NCBI GenBank assembly: GCA_028534125.1
Contig: CM052817.1
Location: 108,688,001-108,752,000, forward strand
Reading direction: 5' to 3'
DNA length: 64,000 bases
Source: Lama glama
Lineage: Eukaryota
Made by a program: the position numbers and the translations under genes. Below are positions 23,091 through 35,330 of the stretch, piece by piece. Under the pieces are notes generated by a model. It worked only from the letters and a program-made list of their open reading frames with translations, was not told the origin of the DNA and did not search any database. Position 1 is the first letter of the stretch. Each line of letters begins with the position of its first letter.

Positions 23091-24585
23091 AAAAAAAAGG
23101 ACACAAGTGATTCTATTGAATTTTGGATCATTCTTGTAAGTCTTATAGTTCACCTCCATACACCTGAGCAGTTAAAAGAGTCCTTGCCACCAGGTGAGCC
23201 TTCGGTCAGCAGTGAATGGAGAAATCAAGGCAACTGAGAAGCCAGAAGCATGGATTTGACTAGGAATCAGGTAGAATCAGGGTTAGAAGGAAAGGGAGTA
23301 TGCACATTCTGGGAGAGATTTGCAGAACGACTCTGTTGGAAAGAGGCCCAGACAGGTTCTTCTGGCAAAGGGAAGCGTTCCAGGATGGATTTTGGGTCCT
23401 GTGTAAAAAGGTAGCCCATTACTGAGCTGAAATACAGTGCGGAAATGTTTGAGAATTTGGTCAGAAGGCCTTGGCTCTGGAATGGACTAAGAACAAGGGT
23501 CATGGAATGACCTTTCACGGAGGCATGCGAGGCCTTAGGAGATAACTCCCAGGATTAACTGGATGTTCTCAGTCAAGACAGTGAGAAATGAATCAGATGT
23601 TCTCTTTAGTCCATTAGCGTTTTATGGAGAAGCAGCAGCAGAAAACAGCAGCGATCATTCGCATCACTACCTCTGTGTTCTCCGGAGTCTTTGCGAGTCC
23701 CCTTCTGTTTTTCTGAGACAATCCCAGATTTATTACCACTTTAGAGCACTGATCTCCTGGTATGAACGCTGAGCCGGCCTCGCCACCAGGTGAGCTAACT
23801 GCCCGTCCTTGAGATAACTGGGTGGGTCATAGGACTCCCTCCCCTCTGAAGGTAGTAGCCGGCGGCGCACTGATGGATTCCTGCCGTTGCGTGTAATCCC
23901 CTCTGAGAGCACAAACCGCCCCTCAGATGCCCCCGGTCACACCGTCACGACCCATAGGTAGATTTTATTTTTCAAAGGTTCACCTTGATTAATTATCCTC
24001 TCCCACTGGCGCCTCGGAGACACCTGGTTGATGGAATCCTCATGCCCCAATGAAAGGAAGGCTTTTTGTTGATTTGAACACGAGTTCACTTGTTCTGAGC
24101 GACTCTCGGTATCTGTCTCCTTGACTCCAATTTAACTCCAAGTGCTTTACAGACAATGCAGAGTTTACTGAATGTTTCGCGGGGAGGAAAGGAGGTTTGC
24201 ATTTCGCACTGCCTGCCACACCCTCCTCCCCCAGATCCCCTTTAGACGTTTCTGCTCTTTGCTTGCAGCTCCTCTCCTGAGGACGGTCCCTCGCCCCAAG
24301 TTCTCTCTTCTGCCGTTTCAGCTATAACCCTTCAGGCTACCATCCAAATCTCTCCTCTTCACTGCACGATTCAGTAAAAGAAAAAGTCACACAGATGCTT
24401 CTTATTTTTCTTTAAGTATGCTCCCAAAGGTCTTGATAATTCTACAATGTTTATATTTATTTTTATTTTTTATGGTAGTGACAAAGTTGGTTTTGCAATG
24501 ACAAAGTTCATTTGTAACGTAATGTGACGTAATGAGAAACGTTACCATGTTTCTTTTTTATTTCAGGGATACATCCTTTAAGAAA

Positions 24586-24810
24586 ATTCGAGATTTGCAA
24601 ATAGACAGGTATATACAGAACAGATAAACAAATTTATACTGTAGAGCACAGGGAAATATATACAAGATCTTGTAGTAGCTCATGGTTAAAAGGAATGTAA
24701 AAATGAATATATGTATATTCAGGTCTGACTGAAAATTTGTGCTGTACACCAGAAATTGACACAACATTGTAAACTGATTATAACTCGATAAAAAAAAAAG
24801 AAAAAAAATT
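24586..24810 (+). mobile_element. L1 3'-end fragment (second camelid subfamily)
   Basis: GAGATTTGCAAATA...GCACAGGGAAATATATACAAGATCTTG...CCAGAAATTGACACAACATTGTAAACTGA poly-A; AAAATTC on both flanks. Confidence 0.9.
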
Positions 24811-24980
24811 CTCTTGGTGAAAAAAGGTTCCTTTAGAGGTTATTGCCATGATGACCAGAGAGTCAGATTTCAGAAACACAGGCAAGACCATATCCAATCA
24901 CAACCCAGAGGCTCTCCAGAAGCATCTGTTAGGAGTTCAGTTCCCCAATATGATAGCTTCCTCTTTTCTTAAATAAAAAA

Positions 24981-25433
24981 TTATTTACTTTTATTGAAGT
25001 ACAGTCAGTTATAATGTGTTAATTTCTGGTGTACAGTGCAATGTCCCAGGCATGTATGTACATACACATATTCATTTTCATACTCTTTTTTTTCAAATTA
25101 AAAAAATCTTATTGGGGGTTGATTAGGCTTACTTTTTTATTTATTTTCTAGAGGAGGTACTGGGGATTGAACCTCACGCATGCTAAGCATGTGCTCTACC
25201 ACTTGAGCTATGCCCTCCCCCCATACTGTTTTTCATTATAGATTACTACAAAATATTGAATATAGTTCCCTGTGCTGTACAGAGGAAATTTGTTTATCTA
25301 TTTTTATACACAGTGGTTAACATTTGTAAATCTCAAACTCCCAAATGTATCCCTTCCCACCCCCTCCCCCCCATAACCGTAAGATTGTTCATTATGTCTG
25401 CAAGTCTGTTTCTGTTTTGTAGATAAGTTCACT
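24981..25433 (-). mobile_element. L1 3'-end fragment interrupted by a SINE
   Basis: TTTATTGAAGTACAGTCAGTT...TTTCTGGTGTACAG... resumes after the SINE as TAGTTCCCTGTGCTGTACAG...AAATCTCAAACTCCCAAAT. Confidence 0.9.
25085..25221 (-). mobile_element. Vic-1-type SINE nested in L1
   Basis: GAGGAGGTACTGGGGATTGAAC..GCATGCTAAGCATGTGCTCTACCACTTGAGCTATGCCCTCCCC; TSD CATACT(C/G)TTTTT. Confidence 0.92.
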
Positions 25434-28400
25434 CTTGAATCCAGATATTGACTGGGTAATTCTGACCTGTAGGACCTATGTCTTGTGCTGCAGAGGAGCC
25501 CAAGGGTGTGAGTTTTGGGGCTCATAATGTGGGAAATACCCAATAGAGAAGGATATTGCATTTCAAAAACGTTGGGCAGCCTCCAGTGATGAAGTATCCA
25601 TCCATCTGTCCATCTGTCCATCCTTTCATCACATATCCAGTGAAACGGAAAGGGGTAAGAGTGCTTCCCTTCTCCCTCTACCATGTTAACACTTGCGCAT
25701 GTGTAAATGTCATCACATTGATCTCTGCAATTTCAAGTAAGGATGTCTTCCCTGATTGCCGGTGCCAAACCCTCTTGGTCCAGTGTATTTTGGTTTGAAA
25801 TCTGATGAGTTTTGTTATTGGAAAGCAATTCTGTTAAAACAGATAAAAGAAGAATGCAGCCTGCTTGGAAAGAGTGAAAATTTCTTTGCCTTCCAAGGCA
25901 CTATGGTACATAAATCATATTCTAAGGTGAGCCAAAGGGCTCCCTAAAAGCACGTAAATAAAGGGGAAAAATGTGTGCAGTGCCCCAGAACACTTCTTCC
26001 CCAGCTAGGAGAAAACTGCTGTACATTTGAGAATCTCTGGGTTCCTTTTTGGTTCTGCACTGAGGACCCGGTTCGTGATCCTTGCATCAGCTGATACACT
26101 TGACCATGGGGAGTGGAGTGCGGAGCGGCTGTCTCTCCAGCTCAGCTACCACAGGGAAAGGAACCAGATGACCTTCTGTAGGGCGTTTAAGCATTGCATC
26201 ACAGATCAAAAGCATGCTTTCTTTTTTCCTCCCCTTTTGTCTTTTTCTTTGCAGAGGTAGGTAGAGGCCTGGTAAACATCATTCAGTATTTACAGAATTT
26301 CCACCAGGATGTTAAATTCTTTACCCAAGCACATTTTGTTTTCCTCCTTTGCTTTCACGATGAGCTGGGGGAGAGCCTCCTAACCATCTCTCATAGCTCC
26401 TAAACTTTCCAAAGCAGCATATCAAATACATCATTATCTAAGTAGATATTTTTCTAACAGTAGAGTGACTTAACTATAGAATCATTGTATGATATGAAAG
26501 ATTTTACTATGTTCTTAATACAAGAAAAATGACCCTTCCATGACGACAGAGTCCACATGCAGGTCGGAATGCTGGGACAGAAACAGTTACTCACCGAGGT
26601 GTCACATGCTCAGGTGTTCTCCTTCAGGAGAATTTGCCGAGGTGGCCTTAGCTAAATCTACCATGACCCCTCAAGGAGCAATAGGAGCAACTGCTGTTGA
26701 GAGCAAGCAGTCCAGGCTCAGAGACTGAAGGATGAACAGATAAAGGCAGAGAGACAGGAAGAAGCAGAAGGAATGCCTGGTCACCATCTCAGGGAGACTC
26801 TGCCCTGAGAGGCTCACCCTTCTATCCCTGCACCCCCAGCTCTGTTCAGAGCGCGTGTCTCTGAGTTCTCCGGATGTTCCGTCTCCCAGAGAGTTCTGGA
26901 TCTCTCTGGGAAGGGAAGAGGATGTGATATGGTTTTGTGTGACTCAGTTTAATTTGCTGGGACTTCTGAAGGGGCTTGAAAGGCAGAAATGGAAAGAAGC
27001 AGTTCTAACTGATGGTATTTCCACTGCTGCAGCAGACGAGGGGTGAGTCAGTGGTGCAGCGGCCCCCTTTCCACGTTTATCCCCATCGCTCCTCACAGCA
27101 CGGCTGGTTCTCTGAGATGGATGTGGACAGTGGCATTTCAGAGGCTGGATCAGAGAATCGGGTGATTGGGAGGCATGTGGTCAGGGAACAAGGAACAAGC
27201 TCAGTTCTGAGCTGTGTGGTCACCTAACATTGATGAAGGTGGTCATGTAGGGGGTCCCCACGGACTGAAGGTGAGTAACACAACCTACTGAGTTCTGGAC
27301 ATGTGTATGATGACGTGGTCCCCTAGCTTCTGTCACATAATTATTTTTCAATTCTAGTTTAAGGCAGATACTTTTTCATAGGAAGAAGCAGCTTTTTGGG
27401 GTTGAAAAACAGAAATGATCTGCTTTTGTGGGCAGTACAAATATGTGAATTTAAATATTCCATTCTATCAGAAACTTGTTGGTTTCTTTCTTTTCTTTCC
27501 GCTTTTCTTCTCTTTTCTTTTTGAGGCCCACAAATCGTGAAGGGGGATACAGTTTGGTGGCAGTGGGATGAATGTTTGTGCTTTGGTAGCCAGGCAGCCT
27601 GGCCTCCAACGTGTAAGACAGCACCACGTTCATCATTTGGGCTGGTTGGGGAAACCCAACCTTGGAAGGGATAAGTCAGCAATGGGATACGTATTCATCT
27701 TTCTGGAAGGAATTTCTTTTACATATTTTCAAGTCATGACAAAATAAAAAAAATATGAAATAGGAATTGTTTAAACATGTGAATTTATAAGGGAAAATGT
27801 GTTGGTGAAATGTCTTTGTCAGCATTTAAAATCAAAGAATTAAATGGTTAAATGAGGCTTTATTGGGTAGCTAAAGAATAAATTTATTCTCCAGTATTAA
27901 CTCATGATTAATTAACAAGTTAATAAAGGAATATATACTTAATAGTTCTTAATTCAAGGTTAATGTCATATGTGGACCATCTTCAAAGTATTGACGGAGG
28001 GATTTACCAACTGTTAGCACCCTTTTTGTTCTTTGATTAACAGTGACCAGATCCACTTGTCCTGTAGCTTTCTGTCATCGGAGGGTCCAGCGTCCCTACT
28101 TTTTAAATGTGGATTTTTCTTTTTGGTTGAATGGTGCTCCTGGCCAAACTTCAAAGGACGGTGTTATTACACGGGGAACATTTGATCACATCAGTATTTC
28201 CCAGTTAGAAGACCCTGTATATTTGTTGATTCCTCTTGATTTTCTGGCTGAATTCAGAGGACAGAAACATCTTTTTGCCCTATTTGGGTAGTTTTTTTCC
28301 AATCACAAGTTAAGACAGTAAATGCTGGAGCCCATGGAAAAAATAGAGGGGAAAAAAAAACAAAAACAAAATAATGTCACTGAATTTCTGGCACATTTGC

Positions 28401-28825
28401 AAATATTCAGTTTATGTCAAGATTTGGTTATTGGGATGGCTATTTATATGCACCAAACTTTCTTAAAAATACTCTCCTGAACGCAGGAAAACAAACCTTC
28501 AACTGGAAGGAAAACATGAGTGTTTTTAAGTTACAATGTGGTTACTATCAGATCCATTAAAAATGCCAGTTATGGGTACACATTTTCCATATGAGAAATT
28601 CTGATTGAAAATTCAGGATAATAGTTAAAATGTGAACCAAAACAGTTTATAGAAATCACCAGCTTAAAAAAGAACGTCAGGTAGTGACAGTGGCAACCTG
28701 ATGTTTTGGCATTCAGATGTTACAAGCTTTCTTGGTAAACCCCTCGTCATTTTTAAACCTAGTATTGTATTGTAGACATTCAGAAGAAAAAGATTAAGCT
28801 TCCAGCTTCCTGCTTCTGCCTAATG

Positions 28826-28969
28826 TTGGGGTTTTTTTTTTGTTTTTTTTTTTTTAGTTTTTCTTAGGGGGGATAATTAGATTATTTATTTATTTTTAGA
28901 GGAGGTTCCGGGGACTGAACCCTGCATGCTAAGCACGCGCTCTGCCACTTGAGCCATACCTTCTCCCCA
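28826..28969 (-). mobile_element. Vic-1-type SINE with perfect 14-bp TSD
   Basis: TSD GCTTCTGCCTAATG at 28812-28825 and 28970-28983; tRNA-like head on the minus strand. Confidence 0.93.
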
Positions 28970-31900
28970 GCTTCTGCCTAATGCTCTTGACTAAACTGAG
29001 CTCTTGCTTCTTTCTTAAAGATGATTCTTGGACCTCATGTTCATTATTGAAGCTGAACAGAGAAATGGAAAACCTTAGACATCCTTGCAGCTGCCACCAG
29101 AAACATCAGCAGATATTCCATTTGAAGTGTCACATTTATCTTCGACTTGGGTTATTTCCTACGTAGAACACAAATAACTCAGCCGAGCTTCGCAGCCCCT
29201 TGAGAAATCCAAGTTTTCTCATTAAACCTCTGCTATCGCATGTCTGATCTGGAAAGTCATCTGGTCATATCTAGCCTTAGACGTTAGTTAGTCAAATTAG
29301 CTTTGAGACACTGGAAGAACAGAGTAGCCTGAAGCAAGGGACACATTTCCTGCTAAAAATGTCTCCAAGGAAACTCCTAAGAGCATCAGAGATGGACAGA
29401 GAGGTCAGGGGACACACAAGCGCTACTGGAAACAAGCAGTGACCCTTCGAGGGTGGCCTGGGCAGGTGCGAGCTCCAGACACTCCGCAGTTAGAAAGGCA
29501 GCATTAACCCAGACAGTATGTGCGAGTCAGGCATCTCTAAGGGGACGGAGCACGTGGCGTCCAAGCATTGGCAACCTTCCAATCCCGGATTCCGCTCGCG
29601 GTCCCTGCTGCTGGTCGGAGCAGCCTGGAGAGGAAACATAAAAAGTGTAAATGGAGGGTTAGAGCGCACAAGTCTCATGCGACTTTCTGCAGGAACGAGG
29701 GGTGGACGTACCAGAAGCAGCGGACGTCCTAAGTCTGGTGGGTCAGCTGGCGGAGAGGGGTTCTTGGCACAAACGAGCAGCGTACACGGCGGGTTCTGCC
29801 ATATATGGGTGAGAGGCGAGACTTCCAAGCAAAATCCCTGTGATCTCAAACCGCGTGCTCCTCAGACAGCTGGATCAAATTCCATTCCGTGTCAAAGTGG
29901 TACCTTAAGCTAGTTTATCTGGCTTGGCTTTGAAGTGGCAATAAAAACCAGGAAGCCTCCTGACCTGGGTCATTTCTAAAAAGAGTTGTTTTCTTTTAGT
30001 TTCTCCCATTTTAAGAGCAGCTACTTATAGGTATGTCTGTGAAACGGTGCAGGGAAGAGGGCATTTCCTCACACAGGAAATGTGAAAGTAGCCCAGGAAT
30101 TCTGCAGATTTATTGTAGGTTTGGGCTTTAGGCAAGCACAATATAAACAGTGGGTGCAACCGCGTGAAGCAAGCATCTTCCTCAGTCAGGTACCACCTCC
30201 CGACGTGCTTAGAGAGACCTCATTGATTTTTTGGTGGGTTTGTTCCACTCGAATGACACCTGGGATTTGAACTCCGTTACCGAGGAAAGAGACTGAACAA
30301 GGCCTGACATGTCCTGTTTTGCAAGCACAGGTCTGTTGACGTTTTGGCAAACAACTATCCTATCTGGGTTCATTCTACTCCAATGAGTTCTTCTGGAAAA
30401 TCTAAAGTGTCAGTTACCTCCTGTAGGAGCCTTCAGGAAAGTCATCCTTTCTGAGATGGTTGAAAGTCAGCTTTGGAAAGAGTTATTCAACAGAAGTAGT
30501 TTTTGGGAAATGAAATAGCCATCATTTATCTCTGTGGTGATAAATGTTTCACTTCATATACTATATGCTTTTCTTCCCCCTTTAGCTTGTTTTATTTCTG
30601 CTAAAAATACCGCGACGAATCTACTACTCATTACAAATAATGCACAAAAGAATGTGTAATCTAAATCGAGTTAGTTTCTAGGTACCTTTTTTACCAGTTT
30701 TACAAAAAAAAAATTATGAAGAAAGAGATTGTTCATGAATTAAAATAAGTTCTTTCATAGTGAACTGAGGAATTCTATGCCCGAGGGCCCCAGGGGCACT
30801 GCCCCGCAGGGCCCGCTGTACCTGGACACGGAGGTTCTCCGGTGATGTCAACCCAACCAGTTCTTCATGGATCCCATTTCTTCAGGACTCTCCCAAGACA
30901 ATCTGATGAGATGTGCATGCTACCTGAAGTAAAATTCTTTCAAATGGGAATCACAGGATGATTTAACCAAAGACAACACGAGATTTAGGGCAGTTTCGGT
31001 GCCCTGCCAGTTGGCGGGGTCTATTGACTGGATGGAACCTCTTCTCTAGGAGAAAACCTGTTGTTTTTGGTTACTTGCCTTCCAAATCATGAACAATGTA
31101 AAATTGGCCATAATTTGCTGCTTTCAATTTTGCATTAGCCACATCAACAATAAAATAAAGAAACCTAATTCCCTTCCCCTAAAAATGACAACAATTGCTA
31201 ATAGTCCCCATTTCCCTCGTCTTAATCGTCATGTAAATAGACCGAGGGATATAAATAGTTTCCTTCAAAAGCTCTTTTAGTGTTTGCATCCAATACACAC
31301 ATTTGCCTCAGAAAATAATCACACCAAAAAGGACATTGAAACAGTCAGCATCCTCACGTCCTTTTAGCTGGCTCTCATTTCCTTTAGGCTGGTTCTGTCT
31401 GCTGCAGGTTGTCAGGGTGAGCACCGTTCACCACCCCCGTGGTCCTCCTGCACGGGTCTGTTGGTGGAGAGATGGCCGGGAAGCTTGGATGCTGACTTTC
31501 TCTGGATATATGTGGAGGACGCAGCACTTCTGCTGACCTGGAAACAAGGCAGTTGTTGCTTCCACAACCTGTGACAGTCCCGCAGGAGGCAGCCATTGTG
31601 AATGTCTGAGAAAAACTCACGCTACTCAGAAGCTGTTTCATGCAAGAATCGAATGGTCAGACTTCATCTTCTGAGCTACCAATTTTTGAGCATCCTTTTG
31701 ATTTTGCTTGACAGTGTCATTGAGCTGTAAGGAGTTTTCTTCCATGGGAGCACTGGGTTTATTTTTTGAAGCAAATTAAAATTCATTTGAGAAGAGAGTA
31801 ATGTGGGAGTCGAGTTGATATGTTGGCAGAGTGCATGGGAAATTTTCTTCCCGAGTATTTCTGATCCCACTGGGGAGGGACACCAGAAAAGGGCCTCAGT

Positions 31901-32117
31901 CTGCTCTCACGAGGCTCGAGACTTGAAGGGCACACACCCACAATGTTCAGACAAAGTCTCCGAGAGCCTGTTCCGAGTCCTAAGAAGCATTTCCACCCTT
32001 CTGTGGTCTCCTTTTCTACCTGTGCTGATGTGCAGGCTGGTCAACATTTGTTTGCACCATGAGAGTGAAAGAGGAAAAGTGAGCGAAAGGCACACCTTTT
32101 TTTTCAAACATTAAAAC

Positions 32118-32194
32118 ATGTGCAAGACTGGGACATGGTGCGGTACACCAGAAGTTGACACGTTGTAACTGACTATGCATCAATTTTTAAAAAA
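32118..32194 (+). mobile_element. Short L1 3' tail
   Basis: GACTGGGACATGGTGCGGTACACCAGAAGTTGACACGTTGTAACTGACTAT. Confidence 0.8.
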
Positions 32195-32749
32195 CCAATC
32201 AGGTGAAAAACATCCTCATAACAACAGACAGAACTTCCACTGACTTAATTCTACTCTTTTCCCTTGTGGAGAGACCATATATAATCTTTTTTTGAAAGAG
32301 AGTTGCTGCATATAGATTCTAAATCCCATTTTTCTCATCAGTTTCCTCATGAAACTTCTCTCTCCCTTCTTTTGATTCTCTGCTTGTGTAAAAAGGCCTC
32401 TCTCACCTCTCCTTGGGTGAGTGAGTGCTTCAGAACATCAGCCACACACTTAGATGCTCTGAATGATACAGGTAAGCTCTGAACTGAGCTGAGCAGACCT
32501 TCTGGTAAGAAACTATTTTATACAGAATGCTGCTTAAAGACACATTGGGTTTAGACAGTGGGATATGCGTTAGCTTCAGAACTACTTAATTTAAACCCTA
32601 CCTTCTGGCTCCAGAATTTATGCTCTTAACCATGACCCCATGTTGTGTGTACTGTGTGTGTTATTTCACAGATAGTTTTACACAAGTCATTGTTTAAAGA
32701 AGACATTTGATTTCGTTCCTTTTAATTCAGTTATTTTATGTTATTGAGT

Positions 32750-33185
32750 GCATTGGTTATCTTTGGGTGCATAAAAAAGTTACGCCCACGCTTAGTGGTG
32801 TAAGGCAATGAAAATTTATCATCTCACAGCTTAGCTGGGTTCTGTGCCTCAGAGCCTCCTGCGATGTCACTTAAAGGACTGACAGGGCTGCAGTCTGATC
32901 TGAAGGCACAACCCAGCTGTGCAGCCTTCTTCTCCTGGTTGCTGGCAGGCTTCCTCTCCTTTCTTTTCTTTTTTTTTAGTTATTTGTTTGTTTGTGTTGG
33001 GGGGATATAATTAGGTTTATTTATTTATTTAGTTGAGGCACTGGGATTGAACCCAGGACCTCAGGCATGCTAAGCACTCGCTCTGCCAATTCCAGATTTG
33101 AAGGCTGTTGCACTGAGGGTCTCTGTGTCTTGCCAGCTGTTGGCCACACGTGCCATGTGGGCCTTTCCACGGCAGCTCCTGATAC
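32750..33185 (-). mobile_element. MaLR LTR (MLT1-type) interrupted by a SINE
   Basis: GCTTAGTGG..TAAGGCAAT..TTTATCATCTCACAG..CTTAGCTGGG..GGGCTGCAGTC..TCTGAAGGC.. and ACTGAGGGTCTC..GCTGTTGGCCA..GCCATGTGGGCCT. Confidence 0.7.
32960..33088 (-). mobile_element. Vic-1-type SINE (5' truncated)
   Basis: TAATTAGGTTTATTTATT...GAGGCACTGGGATTGAACCCAGGACCTCAGGCATGCTAAGCACTCGCTCTGCCA. Confidence 0.88.
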
Positions 33186-33701
33186 GTCATCTAGTGTAAC
33201 TGTGTGATCTATTCCAACACATTTGAAATGTTTGCTGTATAATAGAACTGTTTTTATTAAAATAAGCTCTTTATGCTGTGGCGTTTACTCTTTTGAACAC
33301 AATTTGTATATTTTAAAACCCATGCTGTCAAGTACCTGGTGAAGTAAAGATATTAGAATCTGGTGTTCAGTGACAACCTATATGTTTAGAAAGTCTATTT
33401 TAATTACTTTTTGAGTTGCCTAGACCACACAGCTATTGTGTAATCAACCCTTGTTAACTAATTAAACTCACCGATGCAATACAACCCAACTGAGCCCAGT
33501 GTATTTGACAGAATGGGGAAACCTTGCTCTATAAGAATAAAAATATTTGTTTATTTGTTTACATATATATGGGTTACATACATAATGAAAAAGACATGTT
33601 TAAAGTTCTGACACTCTCAAATATACAGGCTTTGCTAAGATGCTTCAAGCTTGCTCATCTTGTATGCTGAGTAGCTTTTTCTTTTTATTGTGTGTGCAAC
33701 A

Positions 33702-33720
33702 GTGTGTGTGTGTGTGTGTG
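33702..33720. repeat. (TG)n microsatellite
   Basis: GT dinucleotide run. Confidence 0.9.
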
Positions 33721-33939
33721 TTTGAGCACAGCATAGCCAGTTTTTCAGAAATCATAGGTGACAAATATTATATGATACATAGAGTAAAACTATTTAAGGA
33801 AATATGTAATTTCTTTCATTTAGTGAGAATTTCTGAGTGAAGAGATACGCCCGTCTATTTGGGGGATTAAAAAATGAATCAAATCCCTGCCTTCATGGAA
33901 AGAGTTTGGACTTTGAATTCAGAGAGGCACAATGTAATA

Positions 33940-34070
33940 TACTTTGATTTCTCTGGGCCTCAGTTTCCTCATCCATATAGTAGAAATAATATTAATGCTT
34001 ATTTACAGGGTGCATAAATGACTTAAATTGCATGGCACACGTGATGTTTCTTAAACACCATAAAGGTCTG
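33940..34070 (+). mobile_element. MIR SINE
   Basis: TCTCTGGGCCTCAGTTTCCTCATC...ATAATA...TTTACAGGGT MIR core. Confidence 0.75.
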
Positions 34071-34636
34071 ATAAGTCTCCGCTTTCATCTCCCCTGGCCG
34101 CCGTGGGACTCAGTAGGGAAGAGAAAACAAGGCTCAGGTCATTGAGGCACAAGGTTCAGGGTGGCAAAAGCTGTAAGAGGAAAGGACGACTTGCTGCAGG
34201 GATGTAGAAAATGAAAATATTCTTTTTTGGAATTACTTCAAGATGGTGGACTGAGCCTTTTCCACAGACTCTGGCTCCCCCAATAGACCTTTACAAAACA
34301 TAGAAAACAGATTATAGAAAGTTCAGTTAAAATTAAAGCTAAACTAACTGGGATGTTAATTTTTTTTCCTATGGTTTTTGCAAGCTAGATTCCCTGTCCT
34401 GTCGTGTGGTGAAGAGTCTTCACATGGTGAAGGACTCTGGGTCTGCCCTGGATGCCGTACTAAAATCTTCCTCCTAACCCCAAACAAAGTGTACGCATTG
34501 TAGATATTTATTAGAGGAAAAAGGGGAGAAATAACAAAATAGGGAAGCAAACACAAAACAAGTGAAAACAAGGGTGAAATTTTCATTTGGACAATTTATA
34601 AACTCAGTTTAATTAGAATAAGAAATGTTGGCCTTT

Positions 34637-35017
34637 GTTTATCTACTTTATATATAGCAGTTAGTATCTGCAAATCTCAAACTCCCAATTTATCCCTTCC
34701 CATCCCCCTTCCCCCATAACCATAAGTTTGTTTTCTATGTCTGTGAATTTCTTTCTGTTTTGTAAAAAAGTTCACGTGTGTCATTTTTTTAGAGACCACA
34801 GATAAGTGACATCACATGGTGTTTGTCTTTCTCTGTCTGGCTGACTTCTCTTAGAATGAGGACATCACAGGCAACTATATTCAATACCTTGTAATGGCCT
34901 ATAATGATAAAGATTACGAAAAGGAACATATGTATGTATATGTATGACTGAAACATGATGCTGTGCACCAGAAACTGATGTAACATTGTAAACTGTATTT
35001 CAATGAAAATTTTTTAA
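34637..35017 (+). mobile_element. 5'-inverted (twin-primed) L1 3' fragment
   Basis: 34637-34858 is minus-strand L1 3' UTR; ~34860-35010 is plus-strand terminal L1 sequence; flanks GTTG(G/A)CCTTT at 34627-34636 and 35018-35027. Confidence 0.8.
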
Positions 35018-35330
35018 GTTGACCTTTAACATGTAACTTCATACCTCCTGCCATTTGCAACTTAATAGTAAATATAAACATATATGTGTTGTGTAAGAAA
35101 TAGAATGATTTTTTGAATTACAGCTTAAATCCTTTTCTTAAGAATAAATATAATGCAAAATTTTAAAGGTTCTTAGCCAATATCTTTTCTTTGCACAGTG
35201 AGAGCACAACACTGGAAGACTCTTTGTTCTTGAAGTTGGTATGAAGGGCCTTCAGATTTCAGTCATTTTTCTCTTTAGCTATTTAATACGTGTTAGAAGT
35301 GAAAAAAGCTGATTTTTCAACAGTAAATTA

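Noticed and set aside
27117..27160. Peptide MDVDSGISEAGSEN resembling a DSGxxS phosphodegron
   Set aside because: Does not fit DSGxxS spacing and the frame closes soon after; likely coincidence
34234..34330. ACTTCAAGATGGTGGACTGAGC resembling an old L1/HAL1 5' end with a YY1 site
   Set aside because: Too short and diverged to call without a profile search
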